From the NCBI GenBank assembly GCA_030141605.1, contig JAQGDQ010000118.1, positions 62,001-126,000 of the forward strand: a stretch of 64,000 nucleotides of DNA. Direction: 5' to 3'. Of the stretch, positions 12,101 to 24,300 are shown one piece after another. The stretch comes from Tubiluchus corallicola. Taxonomy: Eukaryota; Animalia; Priapulida. A program made the position numbers and the translations under genes. The notes under the pieces are model-generated. The model was not told the origin of the DNA and did no database searches. It saw only the letters and a program-made list of their open reading frames with translations. How positions within the stretch are numbered: the stretch's first letter is position 1; the number at the start of each line of letters is the position of its first letter.

Positions 12101-15059
12101 GAAATGCTTGAGAACTGTACAGGGCATTTCAGAAGTCACTACATGCTTTGCATTTTCTGTACTTCAAACAAAGCAATACGCTTGAAAATACGCACAGATA
12201 AACTAAATTATGGCAATTCTTTTAATCAAAGTAGATGAAAATCTGAGAGCTCTATACTGGAAGGCTTTTTTGGTAATGATTAATACATGTATTTAAGCTA
12301 AATGTTTGCATAACAATCTCTAATTCTTAACTGAAGCACATTAATGTGTATTGGTCTTTTTGCACAAATTTCTGCCTAATAATATTAGTTTTACAAAAAA
12401 TTGCACGTTTGTGTCAAGTTGCAAACTCGGTACATGTATGAAATGTCTCAGCAGTGTTTGGTCAGTGCTTAAAACAGCTGGGTGCCAAGCCACTGAGTGA
12501 TTTGTTATTTTTTTTATAGTTAATAGACAAAATCACCTTTCGACACGACATATTAACAACTCCGGTGTGTTTATAATGATATTATTATATTGATAATTGA
12601 TTTATTGACAGATTGATAATGTTCTGATGATAATGTCTTGCCTATTCCTTCTTCTGGCTGGAATGCTGACTCTCTGAATGATATTAATTTCAGTATTAAC
12701 AATGTATATGCTAAGCTTATTTAATTAACACCATTTAAGGCTACAGGGTCCGATGAAGTTCGCGGCTTTATTTTGGAATCCTGAAAAGCTGTGCTCTTTG
12801 GCTTACTCTCCCTCTTTTCCTTTTGTTGCGTAAGTCTCTTGATTCTGGAGTCTTCTCCTAATGCTGGCTTAACTGTAACGTTAATCCCATCCCTAAACAG
12901 TCAAATGCATGTCCTTCGTGTGATGATCTTTACCCCATATCTTTGTCATCTGTAGTTGTCAAATGCTTTGAATCCATATTTTAGGTCGAGATTCTAACCT
13001 TTCTTATTCAAACTGAACGAATATGTAAGTCCCAACATGGTTCTCTTCCTCTTCGTTCAGTCGTCTCTAATTTATTGTCTTGTTTAAATCAGTAGACTTG
13101 CTTCTTAAATAATCCTACTTTGCCTGGTATTGATGTGCTTTATCTTAGTTTCAAAAAGGCATTTGATTCTGTCCCCCACCAACATCTCTTACTTAAGATG
13201 GAATATTCTGGCATAAGAGGTAAGCTCAAGTGGTTCAGTTACTTTCTTACTCTTCATTTCCAACGTGTTGTTCTTAACGGTTTAACCACTGAATGGTGCC
13301 CTGTTATAAGTGGTATCCTTCAAGGAACCACGAGTGGCCCATACTGCTTCCTTATTTTTATAAATGATACTACTGATTGTATTTCCCCAGGGACTAGCAT
13401 CCCATTATTTGTTAATGATTTAAAGCCCCTTCATCCAAATCATACAACATGACTTGGATGAAATTTTAGACTGGTGCAGTAAATGGTTGATGACACTTAA
13501 ACCCAGTAAATGTGCTTTACTTAGAATACAGCCTAAATCTATTACACCTTACTTTCTAAATAATGCTCAAATAGCTGAAAAAAGTTGTATCAGAGACTTG
13601 GGAGTAATGATTTCTAATGACTTCAAATGGAATTCCCATGTGAATCATATCATTGCTCAAGCAAACTGTCGTATTGGCAGATTAACAGGTGTGTGATATC
13701 GAGAAATGCAACAGTTATTATTCTTCTCTGTAAAGCTGTTGTTCGACTCATTCAGGAATACGCGTCGGTTGTATGGTCACCCCGGTATGCTACTCTCAAG
13801 AATGCTCTCAAAAGAACTCAGGATAGATGTACTCGTCTTGCTATTGATTTGGATCCCGCTTCAATGTCTACTCTTGAGCAAAAGCGTGAGACCTTGTAAA
13901 CTGCTTCAAAATAATTAGTGGAAATACTGTTCTGACTGATGTACATATAGATAGTTACCATCTAGTCCTTATTTCTTTGGATAAGGTTGATTCCTGCGAG
14001 AGCTTGCCAAGATTGAAAATTTAAAGAATAGATATCAAAGTGAATAGTGTCTTTTGAGACACCCAGGTCTCTATATGTTCTTGGTAAGTCCAAGTACCAT
14101 TTAAAAATCCCACAATTAAAAACCAGGAAAAAACACGACGCTTCAAACACTGCATGTCGTTTATCTTCAGGTGACAGAAAAAGAAGGAAATATGTTGTTT
14201 AGAATGTTTTCTACTGATGATAAAGACATATTGTTAAAATCGTTCATAGTTTACCTAAGACCTGTTGTAGAGTATCACTCGCCAGTCTGGAATCCAGCTT
14301 TATTGGGTAATGATGACCGTATAGAAAGTGTGCAGCGATACTTTACTGGCGCCTGTTTATAGACGTAATTTAACGTATATGACATATCCTAAGCGTCTGG
14401 AGATTCTACATCTAGAGTCTTTAGAGGAGAGATACATTCACAAAGATTTAGCTTTATGCTACCAAATTATTCATAGAGAAGTTGATGTTGACTTTGACAA
14501 ATTTTTTACCCGTGTATATTGTAATAGAACAAGGCAAAATCATTTTCTGAAGCTTTTCGTGCGTCGAGCAGCTAAAGTATCATTTGGTCAATTTTTCTCA
14601 AATGGAGTGCCGATTTGCAACTCACTGCCTGCATATGTTGATGCGCACCCTTCGTAACAGCTCAAAATAGTAAGTTATTTAAAAGCCGCTTATATAAAGT
14701 TAACTTGCATAAATTCCTTGTACACAATAGACACATATAAGCAGTTAATCTCTTTGTCTTTACCACACTCTTGTAAACATTTTATTCGTATGTTTTTTTG
14801 ACAACGTGTTTTATATTATACTGTTTTTATTGTAGACTGTATTTTAATAGTAATTGCCTATTGGGTGTGAATAAAATAAATATTATGAGTTTTCAAATTA
14901 ACAGAAACATTTTTGCAACCTAATTAGTTATCTTCACTAGCACTTTTCGCCCACAGCAATAACTGACCTAGAATCAAAAGCGTTACAGGTTTGAAAATCG
15001 TCGGAATCGTCTGTATTATCTGAACTTTCACCATAATCAGCAACCAAGGAAGCCGCCAT
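9112..15059 (-). CDS. Uncharacterised C3H1 (CCCH) zinc-finger protein, about 248 aa
   Basis: Exons 15059-14968 (MAASLVADYGESSD...), 10973-10844, 9636-9112; phases 2 and 0 join correctly (747 nt). One C-x7-C-x5-C-x3-H finger CLKFKKGKCRFGKACKFSH; basic C-terminal motif KKQKKRPGLAKSLVPPKR. Confidence 0.82.
9695..9780. repeat. Compound trinucleotide microsatellite (GTT/GCT/ACT/ATT)n
   Basis: Direct reading of the sequence; the (ATT)n tract resumes at 10703 after the MITE. Confidence 0.85.
9781..10702. mobile_element. Tc1/mariner-superfamily (pogo/Tigger-like) non-autonomous element
   Basis: TIRs CAGTAGTCGCCGCTTAATAGACT / AGTCTATTAAGCAGTGCCTACTG, TA on both flanks, subterminal TTAAT(A/T)GACTCA repeats. 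Confidence 0.85.
11614..11981. mobile_element. Interspersed MITE-like repeat, copy 2 (same orientation as 3218-3575)
   Basis: Same colinear blocks as copy 1; ends AGTAGGCTTCTTGACGGTT...AACTGTAAAAGGCTTACT are imperfect inverted repeats. Confidence 0.75.
12640..13900 (+). mobile_element. Decayed LINE reverse transcriptase fragment (CR1/L2-group)
   Basis: Frameshifted ORF pieces 13120-13452 (YLSFKKAFDSVPH, SGILQGTTSGP), 13454-13696 (WCSKWLM, RDLGV), 13627-13899 (EYASVVWSP); multiple stops. Confidence 0.88.
14171..14885 (+). mobile_element. 3' fragment of a second LINE with 3' UTR and AATAAA tail
   Basis: YLRPVVEYHSPVWNP...IESVQRYFT, RLEILHLESLEER, NSLP; ends AATAAAATAAATA at about 14870-14882. 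Confidence 0.82.
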
Positions 15060-15347
15060 GATTTAAGTAATGTGAGCCAAAAGGGGCTAACCTGACTCTT
15101 TTCACTTACTACGTGGTGACTGATTCTCATTTGTTTGCAAAACCTTGGCATATTACCGGAAACCGATTCGTCATCTTCTTAACTGCGCGATACTTATTGA
15201 TTGCTTTCCGATTCGAAATTCTTGCTATGACATTTAGCTGATGGTTAATGCTGATCAGAGTTCATTCATCCCTGTCGGTCGCGACGTTGGCTTTGCCATT
15301 TTCGCGCGGCGACTGCTTGGCGTGGATGGTGAAGAAGGCAGAACAGG
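15060..15347. promoter_or_regulatory. Bidirectional promoter region between the CCCH gene and the GTPase gene
   Basis: Divergent ATGs at 15059(-) and 15348(+); locally CpG-rich; YY1-like GCCATTTT 15295-15302 overlapping E2F-like TTTTCGCGCG 15299-15308; GTCGCGAC palindrome 15278-15285. Confidence 0.65.
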
Positions 15348-18300
15348 ATGTCTGGTAAGCTGAAGCAGAGACTGGGTGCAAATTCTGTGGAAAACATTGG
15401 TCTTTCCGTAAACGAACGCATTCTCAAAGAGTGCTACCTTCTTTATACAGATGAAACTAAAGGTAAGTTAGTTAACCTAAAGAAAACGTTTAGCTCTTGC
15501 ACTAAACACACTAAGCCTCGATAGTTCATTTCACTTATCACAAAATTACGCGTTGCTAGGTATCCCGGGAAATCTGGCGGCCCACTGGAAGTTGGGTAAA
15601 CGGTGGAATAGAGTTCATGCGTTGCATGAGTAAATTATATAATTATTATTAGGTACAGTGGTTCTGTGTATGCTTCCATATTGTGATATTAATAATATAC
15701 TAGTAATAGCCTTTCAGTGCAAATGAAATGAAAACTGAAAAATTAAAAGGTATCACAGCTGTCTGTAATGCACATTGGATCTGGTATCTCGTTTTGAATC
15801 ATTCGATTTTCACACTTCATGATATCTGTCGTCGTAGTAAGTCTCTTGCATACTGGGTTAAAATAAGTGCAACTGGTGGACATGAACTAATTTGGATTTT
15901 CCGATGTTATATTTCTGCAAAAAACCTAACTTGAATAAAATGAAGCTCTGATAAAAAAATTGGACATAACAGTAATGGAAACTGATGCAGAAACCTTTGA
16001 ACCTAAAAATAATGCCAAAAAATTATTCTAGTTATTAAGCCTTATGTCCTATGAGCCAACATCAGAAACATCCAAACAGTTTTTACGAACTCAATCATAC
16101 CAAGCAATTGTCATCCCCATTCTTGTGTATTGTCACATCTATGACCATCATTTCCAATGACATTGTATCACTTCTTCCAATAGCAACATCTATTAATTCT
16201 TTATACTAGCTGGCTCTCAGATGTATAAATTATTTTTCCATTTGAAAGTCAATCTTGTAAAGACATTGCAACATGGTTTTTTGTGTAGTATATTAACATG
16301 TATAAAATGTATTAGCATATATAACATGTATAATATATTAATATGATATATTAATTTTTGTCACAGACTCACCATATATTGCAGTTAGCATTAAATTTAA
16401 AATCTTTTGTTTACATTGTAAGTTAACATTTTCTGGTTATAATGCATTTCTCGACTGTTAAAAGCTATAAATTATAAAATGAAGAAATGATAAAGTCAAT
16501 AGCTTTACAGCTTTATAGAGAGAAGTTCAGGATGTCATGAAACACTAAGGTTTTGAATAGTGAATTTGTCAAACAAAATGCACTAGTGAATTAAAATGTA
16601 AAATTCCTATCCAAATTTAATGTTCTAGCTTCTCATTGTTCAGTTACATAAATTAATGTGCATTACACGTCTAGTCATGAGTCATACATAATAATAAATT
16701 TCACAGTTAGATCTCAAACGTGGTCTCACGTGTTAAACTATCTTCTACTGTTACTAAGTGATCATCATCAAGCCACGAGCCTCCTCTAATGTAGGGCATT
16801 ACATAATGTTGAAAAACTTTCTACTGTTGGCAATATTGAGTCATTCGTAATAGGGATAATAACATTACATCACAAAATTATAGCTGTGTGGAATCCTGTT
16901 ATATACGCAGAAAATAAAAAATAATTCAAAATATACATGTAACATAAGTAACAAAATTAAAAATGGACACCACTTTTAAATAGCGTGGAACCACTTTTGC
17001 GAATACAAAAGTGCATTCATTAGGTCCCCTGACTTTCCAAGGGGGGTCCTTGTATCGAACAAACTGTGGTCTTATAAAGGCATGTTTTGTCCCTCAAAAT
17101 GTCATATGTAGATTTATTAGGCATTGAGTGACAATTTTTGGACGATTGCTGTATCCCAGGATTGTGGGTGTAGTGGGAGAATCAGCTCATTGCAAGGCAT
17201 ATAGTTGATATAGGTGATTGCAGCTGTCACGTATTGGCAAACTTAGCTGTGACAAAAATATTTAGGCCTTCCCTGACCCCAATTCAGGGAGGACCCGGGA
17301 TTTGAACAGTTACAACTGTGGTGTTGTATGAAATTTGGACTTGAAAACTCTGACCAAGAGACACTGCTGGAAAGTTAGGGCTTTTTGCATGCATATGTTT
17401 CCTAATTTTGTAAACCAAATTTGGCTAACGAGAAGGATCTTGCGTCATACGTCAAGATTCTCAAGGTTTCAAATATGAGAGTCAGGAGACCTGCCACAAC
17501 AGTATCATTGATACTTTCATAGATAAAACAAATCTTTAATACTTAACGTTTCGAACATATTTTTCAGCTTTCTCTGGAGCCTAGTAATAAAATTTAAGAT
17601 ATTTTTATAATGACTTACCTAAATACTAAGTCTTTGCTTGCCATTTGTAGTTTTGGAAATTTTGTAGCACTTAAGCCAATGTTTATTAAGACCTTAGTCA
17701 GATCAAAACTGCGGCTTAAGCCAATGTTTATTAAGACCTTAATCAGATCGAAACCGCGGCTGGAAAGGGCCTACAGTTTTAAAAGGGTCATACTCCCATT
17801 GCTAGAAGCTTGCCATATTACCTTTTTTCTAGTTATAAATTATTCGAGCTCCTTATAGGTACTGTCTGTTACTTGTAAGCACATCATAGGTCAATAAGTC
17901 TATATTTTAGTGCTTATTAGAATAATACTTAATGAAGAAAACATTTCCCATTTGGCCAGGACCAGTGTCCAGCTCACCATAGTCCCTGGCCTAACATAAG
18001 AAATGTTGAATAACTATTTGCATATATAATTATATAGAGTAAATCTCTTCAACCCATTCACATAAACCTAGCTCCATGGTTTGTCCAGTAACTCCATTTG
18101 AATGTTTGGTAAATATTGTGTCCATAACTTAATGGCATTTTTTACTTTGTGTTCAAAGGATTGATTGGCATTGCTGAAAGTCTTGGTCTGAAATTACTGG
18201 CTCCAAGAAAGAAGATAAATGTGATGTTGCTAGGCAACCACTCTGCTGGAAAGAGCAGCTTCATCAATTGGTAAGACTCATAATTACAATGATTTTTGAT

Positions 18301-21300
18301 AAAAGTTTATCATTCCTGTCCATCCCTATGTAGCAGTTTATTTAATTGTACTTGTAAGTATTTTTCACAAATAACATAAATGTCTATTGCGGTGATTGAG
18401 AGATTACATCACTATTTTTATATCACCCCCAAAGCCATTTATTTTACTTGTCTTAAATTAAGAGGCACCAATATGTTTGTTAAAATAAGTTTATTTTATT
18501 ACAGTATTTTTGTGAGTATATATACCTATTATATTTCTACTTGAGAACAATAAAGCAAAGTGTATTGTTACCAAAGTTACATTAATCCTTTCAGTCCCAA
18601 ATTATTTTTTTAATAAGAAAAATTTTTTTGGCTTGGTACTTTTATTCAGTATGTCCATCTTGTTTGCACATAATATTTTTTTTCTACCTGTGCCTGCGTG
18701 CTAAATATAGCCTGTATCCCACGGGATACATTGGGATTGAATGGAAGCATAAAATGTGCTTCATTTTGCAACTGCTGATATTTTTTAAAGTATTTAAGAC
18801 ATTTAGTATGCATGCTATGCTGATCTGTAAAAAGTCGTCTCTAAGGTACTGTACCTTGAGCAGTTTTTTATGCTATGTAGATTTTCTAGTTTGCCATTTT
18901 ATCACCATTTTTAGTCTATTGTTATTGGCTTAAATCAAAATAACTATTAACAGATCAAATAACTGTCAGTTTTAAAATTTTATTAATTTTAAAGGCAGAA
19001 AATATTCTCGTATCCCACGGGATACAACGGGTATGAAAGGGTTAAGTAAAACTAAATGTATGCTTTCTCCATTTTACTTAAAGCTCAGTTAAGGTCTGAT
19101 ATGATCTGTTGACAAAATGTGCGAATTGCATTCCCATTTTAGTTAGTAAATCACTAATCACTAGTAGTAAACTAATGCCTCAGTGTTGAACTCGTATTCT
19201 TCTATCTCTAGTGAACTAACCAGCTTTTTGTCTGTTGCAGTTGGGTTACCTATAAATTAATTTTTTGTAGGTCTAAATATTTTTTTCTGACTGAAGAAAC
19301 CCTGACACTAAGTTGTGGAATTACCAGTATTAGGCATTTTGTTATTTTTACAAATAATGTTACAAGTAATACGACCAATTTTTCAAAGAATATTTTATTG
19401 CACCAGGTATGGTATTTTCAAACACACACATCATAAAGCTACATAAGTTAGTCTAAAATAATTTAACGAGTATACATTAAAAGACAATGGCTAACTGTAA
19501 TTGGCAAGAATAGCATGCCTTAAATTAAATAGCTGCATGCCCTCTACCAGCTTTTGAGTTACAAAGCTTACATATACAGGTTTTGGATAAAAGCACTGGT
19601 TGGAGCAGATTTATGGTGGAATCCATGACATACATGTCTCTAAGAATGCAGTTAGAGAAATTTCCAAATTTCTTAAATGTAGAGCTAACAAAATCTAAAC
19701 TACTGTTAGTGGCGATGACATTTTTGCTGGTTCTCTGTGTTTAATTTCTTAATTTGCAATCATTTAATTGTCAACTATAAAATTACACAGAAAAGGCAAG
19801 GTGATGCCACGTTCAACATTATCTACACCTGCCCAGAGAGTGCTTTACGAATACTGCAAACAGCAGAATGAAAGCAAATCGCCTGGCTGACTTTTACATA
19901 TATAATCAACATTGACTAAACGCTAGTAAACTAAGCAGACCATGGTCGTTGAGTTACTTGTAAATTTGTGTTCAGCTCCGTAGCAGCTGCTGCCATAATC
20001 CATGCATTAATGAGGATTAGTTATGTTTTATTTAAGATTTACCTGAGTACATGCCATCAGAGAGCCATTGCAATGGCAATGTTTGGTGAACTATATGCCT
20101 CATGGATTATAACTGTATAATGCACGGTTTTATGCACTAATTGTATTTTATGCTATATGGATGAGAAGTTTGAAATAGTCTATCTGTCTATCTATCCATC
20201 TATCTACAAATAGTTATGCAGTCGATTTATTATCAGTTTATTAATTCGTTCTTTTATTGTTATGGTCATGAGGATTGGGTGCCAAGTAAAACGGCCTTTC
20301 ATAAAAGTAAATAAGTTGGTCTATAATAAACAGTTGGTTACATAAATGTTTTACAAATTTTAGTATCTTTGTATTACCAGTGCCAATCATTAGAAATGAC
20401 TTATATTTACATAATTTATATAGAATAAGAAATTATTTATTTTAAATTAAGATTTCTTGGCGTTACAGTCTAAAAAAATGCAAACCATGTACATCCTTTT
20501 TTGCTTCCCACCTCCTCTCTCTCCCTCCCCCCACACACTCACTCATTTTCTCACTTTGTCCTCGTTCATGCTTGATAAATCCGTAAATTGTGTTTAGTTT
20601 AGTTAACTTTTTCTCCGTTTCATGTCCAGAGCACAGTTTCAAATAAGTGGCATCATCAGGTGATGCCTCATTTCCGAAATCTGTAATTCCTGTATTCCAT
20701 GCACTGCAAGTGTAAATCTCACATAATGTTCATTTGTGTCATTGACTTTCTACCGAATTGCTGAGCTTATGATTAAGTGTTGGATAATGTAGTACGCGGC
20801 TAGGGTTATTTGCATTGGCTGTCGTGTCTCTGAAGTATTGGCGAAGCCATAATATCAGCTGCTGTATCAGTAATGGAATACAAATGAACGAAGTGAGACA
20901 AGTTCGTTGTCTAAAACGGTTGCACTTTTAAAGGGCTGTAAAGCGCGTAAAGGTTCTCTTAGCAGAATTGAATTTGTCGACTCACAGAAGCCAGCATATG
21001 GCAAGATGTGAAACAACTTAACCCACATTTAAAGTGAACGTCTCGGTAGATTTGGTATGCACCCATATTTAAAGTTGTAAGCATCTCATAGAAAACGAAT
21101 TGGACACCGTGCGAAGAAGAGATGGTAGAGCTACTACATTGGTAGAATGTAGTGCGGTAAAATATGAAGTGGTTATAATGTTTAGACAACAAATGTAGGG
21201 AAGATTGACAAGCGTCTGCAATAAATAATGTTAACCTTTTCCATCTGTAACACACTTGTTATGTATGTGATTTATAGTACAGACTTATTCATTAATTAAC

Positions 21301-24300
21301 ACTGATTTCATAACACGTATTAATTCTTAATGAGAAGAATAGTGACAATGAATAAAAAATTGCAAAATTAAAGAAATTTGCAGGAACAAACTTCTTGCAA
21401 TGAAAAAGCTAGAAATGGCACAACTACAACTGCAGTTATTCTACATGTGAACAAAAAAGAACAATACAGAAAAAGGTCGCAAGGGATTACTAGCCACAGT
21501 AACACAAGAAAGTGAAACTAATGAAATATTGAACAGGAACCGTGGCTTTTATACAGGAAAGGTTGTCAAACATGTGCATAAGTCACAGTTCCTGTTAGAG
21601 ATTTCAGTAGTTTCTTTTGTGATTCACTTTGTTATGTGACTGTGGTTAGTAATTTTATTCTTCTGTGTTTCTGCCTTGTGTTTCATCAGAATGTGCTTCT
21701 GTGTTTTTTTCTAAGTGCTTGCATCATGTTAGCATGATTTCATTTTATATGAGTGAAAGCTAAAAACAAAAACTGCACAGAAAATTAATTCTGTAGCTCT
21801 AGCAATTCTTCGTGATTTTTTTTGCTTATTTCTCCTTTTTTGCTCGCCCAAAGAAGAATTACAATGTAGTCGGAAACATTGTGCCAATATTCTTTCTTTT
21901 CCTTATTTTTTAAATTGTGGGATTTTTTATTCTTGTGATTTTTATGCTTTTGGATAAAACTCCATGCCAGCACAGATGGCAGTGATGAGCAAAAGCCCAT
22001 AATAGGCAAATGGTTGCATGGCAGATGACAGATTAATAATGCTGATGAGCATTTTATTAAGGCTTGTTTTCAATATTTCTTGTATGCTGCAGATTAAACT
22101 AGTTAATAGATACCGAATTGCTACTGAATGTGAACTTGTCAAATTGGTAGTGATCAGTAAAATTCAATGAGAGTAACACTGGGGCTAGGTTATTAGCATT
22201 CAAACTGATTACCATCGAATACCATTATAAACTCCAATGTATACTTTGTGAAAGTGTGTACGTTTTTATCATTCAAATTTTAAAACCAAAATAGTATGTG
22301 GATAAATGTCAGGCGCCTGTCAACTTAGCCCCATACTAATTTGGTGTCTTCGACCTCAGTACCAACAGGACACACAACGTCAGCACCTACAGCAAGACGT
22401 ATCAGTGACTCAAAGTTGCACTTTTATCCACGTTGTTTGCTTGTGCTCTTCATTGCCAAAGCAGTTTCTATTGGGTTCGCCAGGGATCCATAAACATTGG
22501 AAGTAAAAGCTTCTACTATACCTACTACAAAACCCCATGCGGGAAAAGGCTGTCTGTCCTTCATTGTTACCAATTCAACGTCTAATGTTACGTGTTGCTG
22601 ACGAACATGTGGCTGACATCAATACCCCGTGGGTGGTGTCGACCCCTCTCACATTGTCCAAGCTTTGCAGGAAAAAACTTTCTTCGCGTGGTATCAGTTG
22701 ATCCAGCCGTGGTCCATTGCTGCTTTGGAAAAGTCCGCTTGTAGTTTCTCAAGTTACCGTTAATTGTTCCTATCTTCGGATGTACTGGACAGGCCTGGTA
22801 GTATGTGTGTATATTTGCAGTATACAGTCTACGTACTGTGATTTATTGAGATATAAATGGACAGTTTAATAGATTATTAAGTTGGGAAAATTCATAAAAC
22901 AGAGGTGTAAATAGTTGTTGTCGAACCAGCCATTTATTACTTCTGGGCAGCTTTCGTTTACTATTCAGTCATTTGTTACTCAGTAATTATTGTTTCATTT
23001 ACAGACATAATTATTCATGATGATACAGTTAGTTAATAAGCATTTATATACATACAGTGTATAAACATTAAAATTGTGTATTTATAGAATTATTAACTTT
23101 AGTAATCTATTTATGCCATATTCTTTTCTGTTATTGTATGATCATTGGATTTGTTTTCATTATTTTTTACCTGATTTATTTTTAGTTTAATGATATACAG
23201 TTTTGACATTGTTTTCATTCTTTTTCTTCTTTTTTCCATTGGATTGTGTTTCTTGATTTAAATTCAAATTTTTGTTTTGCTTGTTTTTTTTATTTCATGT
23301 TTATTCATTGTTCGCCATTTTTATTTTCAAATTGATGATTTTATTTAACTCATTATTTGTTTATATCTACTTGACAGGTAACTTAATTTTCTTTAATTTT
23401 GGTTGGCCTGGTGACCGTTGGTCTTTTCGCCAGGACGTCTCTTTTCGTTTTTATTATATTTTTTGCTTTTGCTTATCTTTGTTCTTTAAAAATTTTGAAA
23501 CAAATTATTTACTTACTTTCTTTACTTACTTAATGTAAAGATGATAACGCAAGCTAAATGAACCTAGTAATGCTAAAATTTTCATCAGTTGAACCTTGTC
23601 AATCAGAAGGCTTAAAAGAGGAAATTTTCTTCATTTTATTAGTTGCGTGGCTAACATTTGTTGCTGATATGCGACTGTGTGATATACGTGTATACTAGCA
23701 CTGCCTGATGTCTTAGCTAACGTAAGCAAGGGCGTAAGAAATACGTGATGACGGTCAGTCAGTTTCCTGCCTGCCCTGTTAAACCTAAGACTATTTCCTT
23801 CTCGTAAACAACTTTTATTCAAACTTTTACTGAAGCTTTTGAGAACATCCAAAAATCTTCCTGGAAATTTTGACGCCATCGGCTACAGTACAGTACAGTA
23901 TATTTAATGTTATATTGAGTACTGTTCGGTAAGGAAATCATACGTTATTCTGCTAACTGTTACGATTAGAAAAATAGCGGTATGTGTTATTGCTTATATA
24001 ATGTAACTTGTAATTAATAATCTTGAAGCATTTTGACACAAGTGAACTTTTGCTTTCTTTAAAATTTCGTGTTTCTTGGTCAGTACTGGCCAAACTTTCT
24101 GAGAATCTAAACCTTGCTAATATAGGTGTCCTTCTTATCTTGGTGTCCGATGTTTACAAAACTGTTTAATAACAATTTACGACACTATTTTATTGCTACT
24201 GTTACCACTGGCCCGTCAACCCTGGCCAGGTTTGGGCAACACATGTTCCACACGTGTTTGACCAATGCTCATGGATCTCTCGTCACCAGATGACTTAATT

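Noticed and set aside
14924-15151. 75-aa minus ORF and the GTAAGT donor near 15108 as an alternative first exon
   Set aside because: Different frame from MAASLVADY; the donor is phase 0 while exon 2 needs phase 2.
17610-17858. ORF with the repeated peptide LKPMFIKTL.RSK
   Set aside because: By-product of a 45-bp intronic tandem duplication; no splice or homology support; not a CRISPR repeat.
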